From assembly GCA_032718475.1 (NCBI GenBank), contig JAUCBJ010009143.1, forward strand, positions 239,586 to 303,585: a stretch of DNA of 64,000 nt. Reading direction: 5' to 3'. A model generated the notes under the pieces. The model worked only from the letters and a program-made list of their open reading frames with translations, had not been told where the DNA came from and made no database searches. Shown in pieces: positions 51,901-61,104 of the stretch. Numbering within the stretch: the stretch's first letter is position 1; every line of letters starts with the position of its first letter. A program made the translations under genes and the position numbers. The stretch comes from Nemertoderma westbladi. Taxonomy: Eukaryota > Animalia > Xenacoelomorpha.

Positions 51901-52854
51901 AGCATATACGAACATTGTCAAATAAAATGACCCAGGCAATCTCAGGCCTAAGGCAAATCAAGGGACAATTAACAACCAAAACAAAACTAAATATTTACAA
52001 ATCTACAGTTTTACCACACCATAATTATTGTTGCGAACTATTAATAAACTTACATAACAAACACGGGTTCAAAACTATTTTATACAACCTCGAGAAAATT
52101 CAAAATTACGGTTTAAGAATAGTGCACAGTAAAGGGATTAGAGATCTAACTGGCACAGAATTACGCTCACTGTCAAAATTACCTACGTTACATGCACTAC
52201 GGGAATATTATGCCATGAAATTTTTCTACCAATACATACATAACCTCAGTACCCCATTCACAAGCCTCAGCTTACCATTTATAGCAAATCATCATAAGAA
52301 TAGTTTTAGCCCTAGTCAACGGTTACTAAATCCTAGAACAAATATTATAATAATCCCCAAAACAAAAAATAACATCGGATTTAATTGTGTCATAATTAGT
52401 ATGGCACGTATTTGGAACCTTATGAATTGCAAATTCCGTAAAATACTCGATTTCAAGACGTATAATAATTTAATTAAAAAATACTATTACTCGAAATTCG
52501 AAAGAGACGCAATCACATAAGTCAAATAAAAAAAAAAAAAAAAAAAAATTAAAAATAAAATAAAGAAAAAAAACACTTTAGCTTAATTTAATTATCTAGT
52601 TGTATTTTGTGCTACAATTTGTATACCAACCAACCTAGTTAGTTTATTTGTTTTACTATATTCAGTGTGTTTGTTGTAAAATGTGTATGTGTGACCCCAT
52701 TGTGTGTATGGTAAATAGGTACTGTGGATCGGATGTATTGCTGACGCTTATTGCCGCCAATTATCAGCTGCGGTGGGTACAGCCCACTGTGCTGCCTCCA
52801 AATTTTACTTTGGAGTTTATGGTAATAAAAGAAAAATTATTATTATTATATTAT
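48980..52854 (+). mobile_element. CR1/L2-type non-LTR retrotransposon (5' boundary uncertain)
   Basis: ORF2 is followed by an A-tract (about 52527-52548), a short stem-loop cggtggg-tacag-cccactg (about 52771-52789), AATAAA and a (TTA)n tail ending near 52,854. No ORF1 was seen. Confidence 0.75.
49065..52520 (+). CDS. LINE ORF2 (APE endonuclease + reverse transcriptase), CR1/L2-type, intact frame
   Basis: APE motifs QINVRSL, GITESWL, RQDR..RKGGGV, MGDFNID, SLID and SDH. RT motifs KSPGP, PVYKKG, NYRPIS, QFGFR, DISKAF, GIPQGTLLGP, YADD and KYLGV. The track start is TTG; the first in-frame ATG is near 49,299. Confidence 0.95.
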   Translation: MYLHCRLSVFYHETSSRPCSLQFHLEKFLVQSKNNNYIYKYHENKNYKHNTILITRIILCTIIWYPGAVSNPLYSNIIMPITPNIFMNYSAHNYKLYITSIFSLLCHCFYIYISSGIDLILIIALTISAVQYRAGDIHRNPGPQQQQRHSPPVKHSNQSNLTDVREYILNNQNKLIFIQINVRSLVSHFSELKEIMHGIDKNVVIGITESWLKKNISTKSIRLPGFDVYRQDRKRRKGGGVVLYVPTNMKSKVQTHVIKPNLNVPHESLWVELDSEVIVGVAYNNCKKTAPVFLVNFAEEIENAMNSNRDKIIIMGDFNIDLIDRDTNTDKLDTLISLYNLVIPDRTQPTRYSKTNNSLIDIFIATAGFISDLKVAFCDFSDHEFVIAKTNKLNKTTSIVNTKIWKEFRDFSEFKEAAFLSDIDAINWNWIYQITDVNMIYEFFENQIEKVLNHHAPLCRKLVSPDRKHKQGKQPPWWNDKLQHINNIKKHNLIEWRKNKTNDTFAKFKLSRNSFNSLNRQLKNKYTKSKFSEAKSMRDKWKIINRILNKNEKVCKITELIDNRGKNIKIVKDGLGIANLLNSTYVAMGKFTGMSNVSTNIQNYVNPNIPNDVDFSFKNTDVLTVENIINKLNCNKSPGPSSLPPRIIKLLSPKIVFPLTHIINKSITQSIFPHKLKFAEITPVYKKGDINDPENYRPISVTSTLDKIFEKVLYIQIIQYLNKYSLIKATQFGFRKSYSTRDAIIYATDTWRSVLNNGDTVAIGALDISKAFNSLNHSILLNKLQEFNFHSTAINMISSFLFPRFQRVKVNGTTSTWEAIPQGIPQGTLLGPIIFLMYVNSLVSTTDLNIVQYADDTLIYCGHKNPQQAVNLLSQHINKLENIFSSLHLSLNNKKTEFMLLSPHSRSPETDKINLELAKNPKIVIKQSEYIKYLGVFIDNRLEWGEHIRTLSNKMTQAISGLRQIKGQLTTKTKLNIYKSTVLPHHNYCCELLINLHNKHGFKTILYNLEKIQNYGLRIVHSKGIRDLTGTELRSLSKLPTLHALREYYAMKFFYQYIHNLSTPFTSLSLPFIANHHKNSFSPSQRLLNPRTNIIIIPKTKNNIGFNCVIISMARIWNLMNCKFRKILDFKTYNNLIKKYYYSKFERDAIT

Positions 52855-54720
52855 AAGTGTGTCTCCCTGGACGACGCCCCACAACACTTCAAATGGTTCT
52901 GTGTCACCGTCAACAGTAAACACAAATGTTGTCGAACCATCGTATACTGATCTGATTGCTGCAATAATTTCATCAGGAATCCCATATAATGAAACTATGC
53001 TGAAAATACGTGAGCGAGAGACTGAATCAAAGGCCTTGAAGAAGTCAACAAAGATAACAGCCAGATGCCTGTCTTTCTTTTTGATAACTCTTAAATTATC
53101 CTTCTAAGTGCCAAAATGGGCTCCATGGTCCCACGACCTTTACGGAACCCATTCTGATTTCCACGGAGCAGTCTCTCAATGGAATCCCTGATGCGATTTA
53201 ATAGAATTCTATTGTATAGCTTTGCAGCAATCGAGATCAATGAGATTCCCCGAAAAGAACCATAGAGTGTTAGGTTGCCCTTCTTGGGAACTGGCACCAA
53301 CTTATTTGTTTTCATTTCTTGTGGGACTCTTGTTGTTCGGTACATGGCTACTATGATGGGATAGATGAGCTCTAAACACTCTATTTTAAAGTATTTAAGG
53401 TATTTTAAAGACCTCAGGGGGAACACCATCTACCTACTCCACTGGCACGATTGGTCTTAATGCTCTTTGCAGCAGCCTTCACTTCTGCAAAGGAGATATC
53501 GCCAATGGGAATATCTGGGAGTACAGACTCAGACACTTTTACTTCTATAAAGTTATCAGGCAATACCCTGTCATTTATTGAAGAGCTTTTCAAAGTGGGC
53601 CTTCCAACCATTGAGGCGATCGGCTGGTGATTCAGCCTTAACCTTGGTGGTTGGTTGGCTTTTCCGCCCAGTAAGCAAGTTGATTGATTTCCATGCCTGG
53701 GATAATTGCCTGCTGTCGTCAGCATCATTGATGGCATCAACCTGTTGGTTTATTAGCTCCTGTAGATTAAAAGAGTACTGCCTGTTCAGGGACTTTGATG
53801 CAGCCTTAACTGCATTCTTGGCCGCTGTAGTCTGTTTGAGTCGGGACTCTTTCTGCGCCTTATAGAGGTCATTTCGGCACTTCTGAATTTTGTGTCAGTC
53901 CAGTGGGCCCTTTTCCTGTTTCGAGGGTATACCAGAACTATTTCTGCAACTGCTAACTTAACTGCTAGTGTGAAGGCAGTATAGCCCTCACAGTGATCTG
54001 CCGCCTCAGAGGCAAGAACCTCATACATGTTGCTCAGCTGTAGTGTGAAGCTGGATCTCACACTTGGCTGTTGCAACAGAGAGGACCAGTCATGCCGCGG
54101 CAAGGCAGATTTCGTTGTTCTGCTAGCACGCAGACTAAGTCTTACCTTGGCCACAATAAGGCGGTGATCACTGGAGAAGGGTCGAAGTGTAAGTGCATTA
54201 CAGTATTGTATAGAGCTCCTGTATTTCCTACAAAACAGAATATGGTCTATCTGGGACTTGTGACCACTGGGTCCACTATGAGTCCATAGCTTTCCAGTTC
54301 GCTTCTTGAACTGGGTTCCAGCCGAAAACAACCCATTTCCAGAGATAAAATCCTGAAGATGGACGGAATTTCGGTTAACACTATTGCTATAGACCCAGGG
54401 CGATGTAGGTGATTGATGCAGACTTGCATTAAAGTCTCCCAGGAATGTTAAGAATGCATGCTGATCCACTCCATCAGTAGCTGCTTTTAGATTGTGGTAT
54501 AAATTGTCCACCTCCTCTACAGGGGCAACACTAGTTGGAGAGTAGCACACAATCAGAACCACCTTAGGAAACTTCTTAGGCAGTCTTCCAGAACATGAGA
54601 AGTGGCAACGGATGATGCGGTTAGAGATTTGGTCTATTTTGTTCAATGCTGCATGTGCAGTTGGATTCATCAATAGACCAATTCCACCATTGCCACTATC
54701 ATCACTATCAGCGAGTCGCC
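52855..54720 (-). pseudogene. Decayed RTE-clade LINE (APE + N-terminal half of RT), frameshifted and truncated
   Basis: Minus-strand fragments VCYSPT, LGDFNA, WTH-GP-G-KSQIDHIL, SDHRLIVAKVRLSLR, VPKKGN-FRGISL-AAKLYNRILLNRI and NQNGFRKGRGT. By hand, VDFFKAFDS and GVVQGDTL follow. Similarity stops at the junction with the CR1/L2 tail. Confidence 0.9.
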
Positions 54721-55020
54721 AACTTGGTAGCTAGTCATTTTTATTTGATAGTCAATGTAGGCCTAGCTAGTAATTATTCACTACCGGTAGCTAGTTTTTA
54801 TACAAAATATAGGCAGATGTCAAAATATAGTTTTTTTCTTTTCAGAAATGTAAATTATATACATTTTTTTTAATTATACTCGCAGTCAAAACACTACCGT
54901 TGTTTAATGGACTAGTTTATTGTTCCAGATTTTTTACCTTTTTATTAGTAATTTCGAGAATATATTGATGATATGGAAATTGTCTAAATAAAAGGGGCGC
55001 TACAAAACTTATCTTGCAAT

Positions 55021-55470
55021 TTTAAAATCACTAGCTACCTTTAAAAACACTAGCTACCATAATAAAAAATAATAGCTAACCTTTCTCAGAAGGTTAATTT
55101 TATGTTCTAGAACAAAAAACATCATGATAATATCCATTAACATGGTTAAAAATTATCTTCTGTAATTTTAAGGTCACTAGCTACCTATAAGAATACTAGC
55201 TACTATAATAAAAAATAATAGGTAACCTCTCTCAGAAGGTGAAAATTACATTCTAGAACAAAAAAACATGACAATATCCATTAACATGGTCGAAAAATTG
55301 ATCAAAAATTAGGTACCAAAAAATGGGTTTTGAAATTTTAAAAACAGTAGCTACCTAAAAAAACACTAGCTAGCATAAAAAAAAATAGCTAACGTCTCAC
55401 AGAAGATGACATTTATGTTCTAAAACAAGATACCTCATGATAATAGCCATTATCATGGTCAAATAAATGG
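55021..55470. repeat. Three diverged tandem copies (about 146-170 bp) of an AT-rich CTAGCTAC...GTTCTAGAAC module
   Basis: Copies start near 55021, 55167 and 55337 (ttta...ca[c/g]tagctacct...tagctaac.t.tc.cagaag.t.a...ttcta.aacaa...atgataat...cattaacatggt). Related words occur at 38050-38640 and about 45716-45770. Confidence 0.8.
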
Positions 55471-55528
55471 TCTAAAAGTGGGTACCCATAACATAGTAAT
55501 GCCTATATATATTTGGGTTTATTATAAA

Positions 55529-57040
55529 CACGGATCCCCTCACACGGATCCCCTCACACGGATCCCCTCACACGGATCCCCTCACACGGATCCCCTCACC
55601 CGGATCCCCTCACACGGATCCCCTCACACGGATCCCCTCAAACGGAACCCGTACACGGATCCCGTCACACGGATCCCGTCACACGGATCCCGTCACACGG
55701 ATCCCGTCACACGGATCCCGTCACACGGATCCCGTCACACGGATCCCCTCACACAGATCCCCTCACACGGATTCCGCCACACGGATCCCGTCACACAGAT
55801 CCCGTCACACGGATCCCCTCACACGGAACCCGTACACGGATCCCGTCACACGGATCCCGTCACACGGATCCCGTCACACGGATCCCCTCACACAGATCCC
55901 CTCACACGGATTCCGTCACACGGATCCCGTCACACAGATACCGTTACACGGATCCCCTCACACGGAACACGTACATGGATCCCGTGACACGAATCCCGTG
56001 ATACGGATCCGTCACACGGATCCCCTTACACGGATCCCGTTACACGGATACCTTCACACGGATCCCTTTACACGGATCCCCTCACACGGATCCTCTCACA
56101 CGGATCACGTCACACGGATCCCCTCACAGGGATCCCTTTACACGGATCCCGTGATACGGATCCCGTCACACGAAACCCGTGATACGGATCCGTCACACGG
56201 ATCCCCTCACACAGATCCCGTTACACGGATCCTCTCACACGGATCCCGTCACACAGATCCCGTCACACGGATCCCCTCACACAGATCCTCTCACACGGAT
56301 TCCGTCACACGGATCCCGTCACACAGTTCCCGTTACACGGATCCCCTCACACGGAACCCGTACACGGATCCCGTCGCACGGATCCCGTCACACGGATCAC
56401 CTCACACGGATCATCTGACACGGATCCTCTCACACGGATCCTCCCACACGGATCCTGTCACACGAATCCCGTGATACAGATCCCGTCACACGAATCCCGT
56501 GATACGGATCCCGTCACACGAAACCCGTGATACGGATCCGTGACACGGATCCCCTCACACAGATCCCGTTACACGGATCCTCTCACACGGATCCCGTCAC
56601 AATGATCTCCTCACACGGATCCAATCACATGGATCCCCTCACGCGGATCCACTCACACGGATCCCGTTACACGGATCCCGTGATACGGATCCCGTCACAC
56701 GAATCCCGTCACACGGATCCCCTCACACGGATCCTCTGACACGGATCCTCTCAGAGGGATCCCCTCACACGGATCCACTCTCAGGGATACACTCATATGG
56801 TCCCCTCACACGGATATCTTCACACGGATCCTCTCACACGGATCCCCTTACACGGATCCCCTCACACGGATCCCCTCACACTGATCCCCGCACACGGATC
56901 CCCGCACATGAATCCCCTCACACGGATCCCCTCACACGGATCCCCTCACACGGATCCCCTCACACTGATTCCCTCACATGAATCCCCTCATACGGATCCC
57001 CTCACACGGATCCCCTCACACTGATCCCCTCACACGGATC
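55529..57040. repeat. 14-bp minisatellite (CACACGGATCCCCT/CACACGGATCCCGT), about 105 copies
   Basis: Direct reading of the sequence. The 14-aa periodic ORFs (HGSPHTDPLTRIPS = 3 x 14 nt) confirm the period. Confidence 0.97.
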
Positions 57041-57157
57041 TCCTGGACATCAATATAAACTTGTTCAGTAGCGTATAGTATAATATTATTATATTATAAT
57101 AACTGAATAAATCGTCAAATATAGTTAATAAAATAAGAGTCATACTAGCTAAATGCA

Positions 57158-59377
57158 ATGGAGTTAGAGAGATCTGTATGTACTCCACAACACAAAGGGG
57201 ATCTGGATGTAGAAAGTAATAGATCCAATCATACGATCAGGACCCATGCGTTGCGTGACTCTTATATACAAGACTCCAGCTCAGACTTTCATTCAACTCG
57301 CAGCTACGTTACGCTAAATGGTCGCATCCAAAGAACATCTATCAGTCAACAAGCTCTGGATATGGAATTCTGTGACACAGACAACGTGATCACAGAAGAT
57401 GATCTGAAAATGTACCAACTATCCTCGTCCAAAGAGGAATATTTCACATGGAAAAAATGGCATCCAGATAATGATACCACATTGTGGGATAACAAAATTC
57501 AGTATATACTATCCATTACTGGATATGTTGTTGGTATTGGTACTTTTTGGGATTTCCCACTATTAATGAAAGAAAATGGTGGATATTTGTTTATTATACC
57601 ATATGTAATATGCAGTTTAGCAATGGCCCTGCCTTGCATGATTTTGGAGCTGCTATTCGGACAATTAACTCTGCAAGGCCCTTGGAATATGTACCACACA
57701 GTAAACCCTTATATGGCTGGATTCGGTATAGCCCAAGTAATTAACTGTGTTCTAAGTGCACTTTCATACACTACAGTTGTTGCATACTGTGTTATGTATT
57801 TCTTCATGTCCTTTCAATTCAATTTACCATGGGCAAGGTGTAAGGAACTGAACAAAACCCGTATCGCTTATGGTGTGAGAGATGTATGGTTTGTAAAGGA
57901 ATGCGATCCGGATTACCCGACTGAAGACTTCTTTAACAGAAAGTCCCTGACAAAAGCTGCCAATGATTCACCTTTAAACCCCACAGTGGTTGCAAGTATG
58001 TTCTTCTGTTGGCTTATGATTTGTTTCTCATTAATACGAGGGTTGCACACTTCGAAAAAGGTTATATACGTAACCGCAACATTCCCCTATTTGGCAATGG
58101 CCGTCTTCTTAATAACCCTAGCAACTCAAAATGGAGCAGCGGAGGGTATAATGTTCTTCATGACACCAGCAGTAGCCAGTTTGAGCTATTTCCAAATGTT
58201 CATGAAAGCCTTGGAGCATGTACAGAAAACCTTCGCTCTAAACACAGGATTCTTATGCCTAATGGGCTCAACAGTGAAAAGAACCAATAAATTTCATCAT
58301 GATGCAATGTATATACTCATCATAGTTATGTTTACCGAATTGATTGCGGCTATGGTGGTTTTTTCAGTTAAAGGGGTTGAAGTAAATATTGAGGCAAACA
58401 ATTTCTGCGAGCGAAATAATATTTCCTCTGAGCTCTGTATTAATGAATACTCTGAAGCAAGATTTCAAATACTAAAAGGTGAAAACAACCCCAATAAAAT
58501 ACTCCAGCACTACGGTGATAGACCAAATAGATTCTACAACAACATGGAAGTCGGTCCAACATTTGCGTTCGTAAGTTTGGCAAATACCATATTGGTGATT
58601 TCTAAAAAATACGCCCACTTATGGAGCGCCCTTCTATACTTATCCATTTTTGCTCTGGGTATTGACTCCATGTTCGGATACATTCAGATTATTCACAACG
58701 CCCTTTGCGACTTTATATGTGTGCTGCGGGTTAAGGAACAAGTACGAGTGATTCTAATCTGCCTCCTAGCGTTTTGTCTAAATATTGTTTTTGCTACGCC
58801 CAGTGGAGACCTTATGCGGGAACTATACGAGAAATTTGTGGAAGACATTAACCATGTGGTCATCAGCAGCGTTGCAACTATTTGCTTGGTGTACGGAGTT
58901 GGTATTAAACGCATTGTTATCGAGTACGAGACTATGATAGGGAGGAAACCATCAATCTTATTTACTTTTGCGTTGAGATATTCTGCACCATTATTGTGCC
59001 TTATAAATTTGGTCGGTATTACTATTCGCATAACAGAGTATGAAGGAGAGGGAATACACACAACCGGAAATGCTTCCAACCATTCACACCCGGTAATACA
59101 ACACGATACAAACCATTCTGGCCATTTATTCTCAATGATAATCGCATGGTTTCTCCTTGTTTTTAACTTGATATGGATTCCACTACTCCCCGCGATGGAA
59201 TATTTCCGTTGTCAACATATAATTCGGCCACACAGACAGAAGTTTCTTCCGCGAAAAAAGTTGCGGGATTACCACCAACTCGGTAGCAGAACAACCTTCA
59301 CTAAAACAGAAAAACGATGTTTCTGTCTCAAAAAAGATGTGCTCACTACGGACTACATGTTAAGTTACTATGACTAG
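57158..59377 (+). CDS. Intronless, divergent SLC6/NSS (sodium:neurotransmitter symporter) family transporter, most like the B0AT/nutrient amino-acid branch
   Basis: Motifs WDNKIQYILS..GY.VG.G..W.FP....NGG..F.IPY, LEL.FGQ, SFQ..LPW..C, KV.Y.TATFPY, GP..AFV and WS.L.......LG.DSMFG, with about 12 hydrophobic segments. Complete ATG-TAG ORF of 739 aa. Confidence 0.92.
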   Translation: MELERSVCTPQHKGDLDVESNRSNHTIRTHALRDSYIQDSSSDFHSTRSYVTLNGRIQRTSISQQALDMEFCDTDNVITEDDLKMYQLSSSKEEYFTWKKWHPDNDTTLWDNKIQYILSITGYVVGIGTFWDFPLLMKENGGYLFIIPYVICSLAMALPCMILELLFGQLTLQGPWNMYHTVNPYMAGFGIAQVINCVLSALSYTTVVAYCVMYFFMSFQFNLPWARCKELNKTRIAYGVRDVWFVKECDPDYPTEDFFNRKSLTKAANDSPLNPTVVASMFFCWLMICFSLIRGLHTSKKVIYVTATFPYLAMAVFLITLATQNGAAEGIMFFMTPAVASLSYFQMFMKALEHVQKTFALNTGFLCLMGSTVKRTNKFHHDAMYILIIVMFTELIAAMVVFSVKGVEVNIEANNFCERNNISSELCINEYSEARFQILKGENNPNKILQHYGDRPNRFYNNMEVGPTFAFVSLANTILVISKKYAHLWSALLYLSIFALGIDSMFGYIQIIHNALCDFICVLRVKEQVRVILICLLAFCLNIVFATPSGDLMRELYEKFVEDINHVVISSVATICLVYGVGIKRIVIEYETMIGRKPSILFTFALRYSAPLLCLINLVGITIRITEYEGEGIHTTGNASNHSHPVIQHDTNHSGHLFSMIIAWFLLVFNLIWIPLLPAMEYFRCQHIIRPHRQKFLPRKKLRDYHQLGSRTTFTKTEKRCFCLKKDVLTTDYMLSYYD

Positions 59378-60627
59378 ATCATCTTATAAACTATATGAAA
59401 TACATGAACTAAAACTAAAACAATTCAAACAAAGTACACCATGACCCGTAATATATTGTCATTTTCTGATGAGACGGACCCCTCAATAAATACACAAAAT
59501 TCTAGATTTTTTTTCTAGATTCTAGATGTTATTTGTTTTATGAGTTGGTAGGCAGCAGCGGAATGCCTATACAATATCTCTATTGCGTAGCTATTCAAAC
59601 ATAAACAATATGTTCCAGAACATTGTGTATTTAGTAAATAGAATAAATGGCCTGCAGCGAACGATAATTCTTGCAATCTTTGATCGCCTATATTTCCGCT
59701 GTTTCTAAACGAAACTCAGATATTGTTACATTTTTGGAATCCTTGTAAGGCAAGCTTTTCAATGATAAACCGAGGCTAATGTGAAGAATACCGACGATAG
59801 ATGATGTGCAATTTCGCAAAAGACACTTTTTTAAAAAGCTTATAATAAAAATTATAGGCAAAATCGAAAATTCCGCTTCATGGGGCATCGACGGTAAGTG
59901 GAACTAGTGGTGTTTCAAAGTTCAAGCAATATGATAAAGATTTGTAGAAAAATTTGGGGGGGGGGGGGGGGGTACGTGTCATCTGAAAATGACACTATTA
60001 CGGGTCATTGTGTATAGGCCTACGTAAACAAATGACACAATAAGTATACCGGTACGCAACAGAATGTACACAAATTAATCGAAATGGAGGATAAGAATAA
60101 CTGCATGTAATAAATTGAATTGTAAAGTACAGGTATATTGTTTATGTTTAACCGGGTTCTTTGGGCTTTACTTAATGGATCTGCCGCCATTGTATTACGC
60201 CTCTTTAAAATGAAACACAAAAGTAATAATTCACAGCCAATCCGCACCAGATTTTTATGATTTTTGTGATGTCAATATACTGCGAAACAGAAAATAAATA
60301 AAATGAGTAAAATAATGGGGAATGAATAAAATTTACCTAACCTGAGAATTACAGTAACTGCGAGTAAACTTCGGCTGTCCTCAGGAAATCTCTGATCAAA
60401 TGAGCATAAGCGCCAAGGATGGTGTGCTTGTGTGTGCATGGTGTGCAAGGATCGTGTGCATGACTTCTAATACCTGGAATCAATGATCCGGAGTCAGATG
60501 TATACATAATTGGAAGGTATAGAAAGATTATTTAGATTCGATTATTTAGAGAAGCAGTAGAACCAGTACTCCTATATTGCAGTCCATGCACGGCTCTAAC
60601 TGCTGAGAACACGCTGAAGACTTTAAA

Positions 60628-60980
60628 GATATCGCGAGTACAAATATCGAGAGTAAAATTATCGCAAGTAAAAATATCGAGAGTAAAAATATTGAGAGTA
60701 AAATAACGAGAGTAAAAATATTGAGAGTAAAATAACGAGAGTAAAAATAGTGAGAGTAAAAATAACGAGAGTAAAAATATCGCCAATAACAATATCGAGA
60801 GTAAAAATATCGCGAGTAACTACTACAGTACTAGCGTACTATAGTAGCTAACTTTACTCGCGATATTTTACTCGCGACATTTTTACTCGCGATATTTTTA
60901 CTCTCGGTATTTTTATTCTCAATTTTTATAAAATTATTTTAAACTTATTTAAACTACATACTTTTTTTTTACTCGCGATA
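60628..60980. repeat. Inverted (palindromic) array of an approximately 15-bp unit GAGAGTAAAAATATC; foldback/MITE-like remnant
   Basis: About 12 forward units (60628-60820), a short central palindrome (ctactacagtac..gtactatagtag), then reverse units ttttactcgcgata (60852-60980). Confidence 0.8.
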
Positions 60981-61104
60981 AAATCGATATTTTTCATGTC
61001 TCCATATTTTTCAATGTAACCCATATGAGATGGGAATAATTTACTCCTGCATCATCTATCATCTCAAAAATATATGGAGTTGAATCGAGAATCAAGGCGG
61101 GCTA

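Noticed and set aside
49625-51979. Minus-strand ORFs of 97-251 aa
   Set aside because: Antisense shadows of LINE ORF2.
52527-52548. A-tract as the true 3' end of the LINE
   Set aside because: A stem-loop, AATAAA and (TTA)n tail about 300 bp downstream, coinciding with the RTE breakpoint, fit the end better.
55478-57024. His/Pro-rich repeat proteins (HGSPHTDPLTRIPS)
   Set aside because: Translations of the 14-bp minisatellite, open in several frames and broken by indels and stops.
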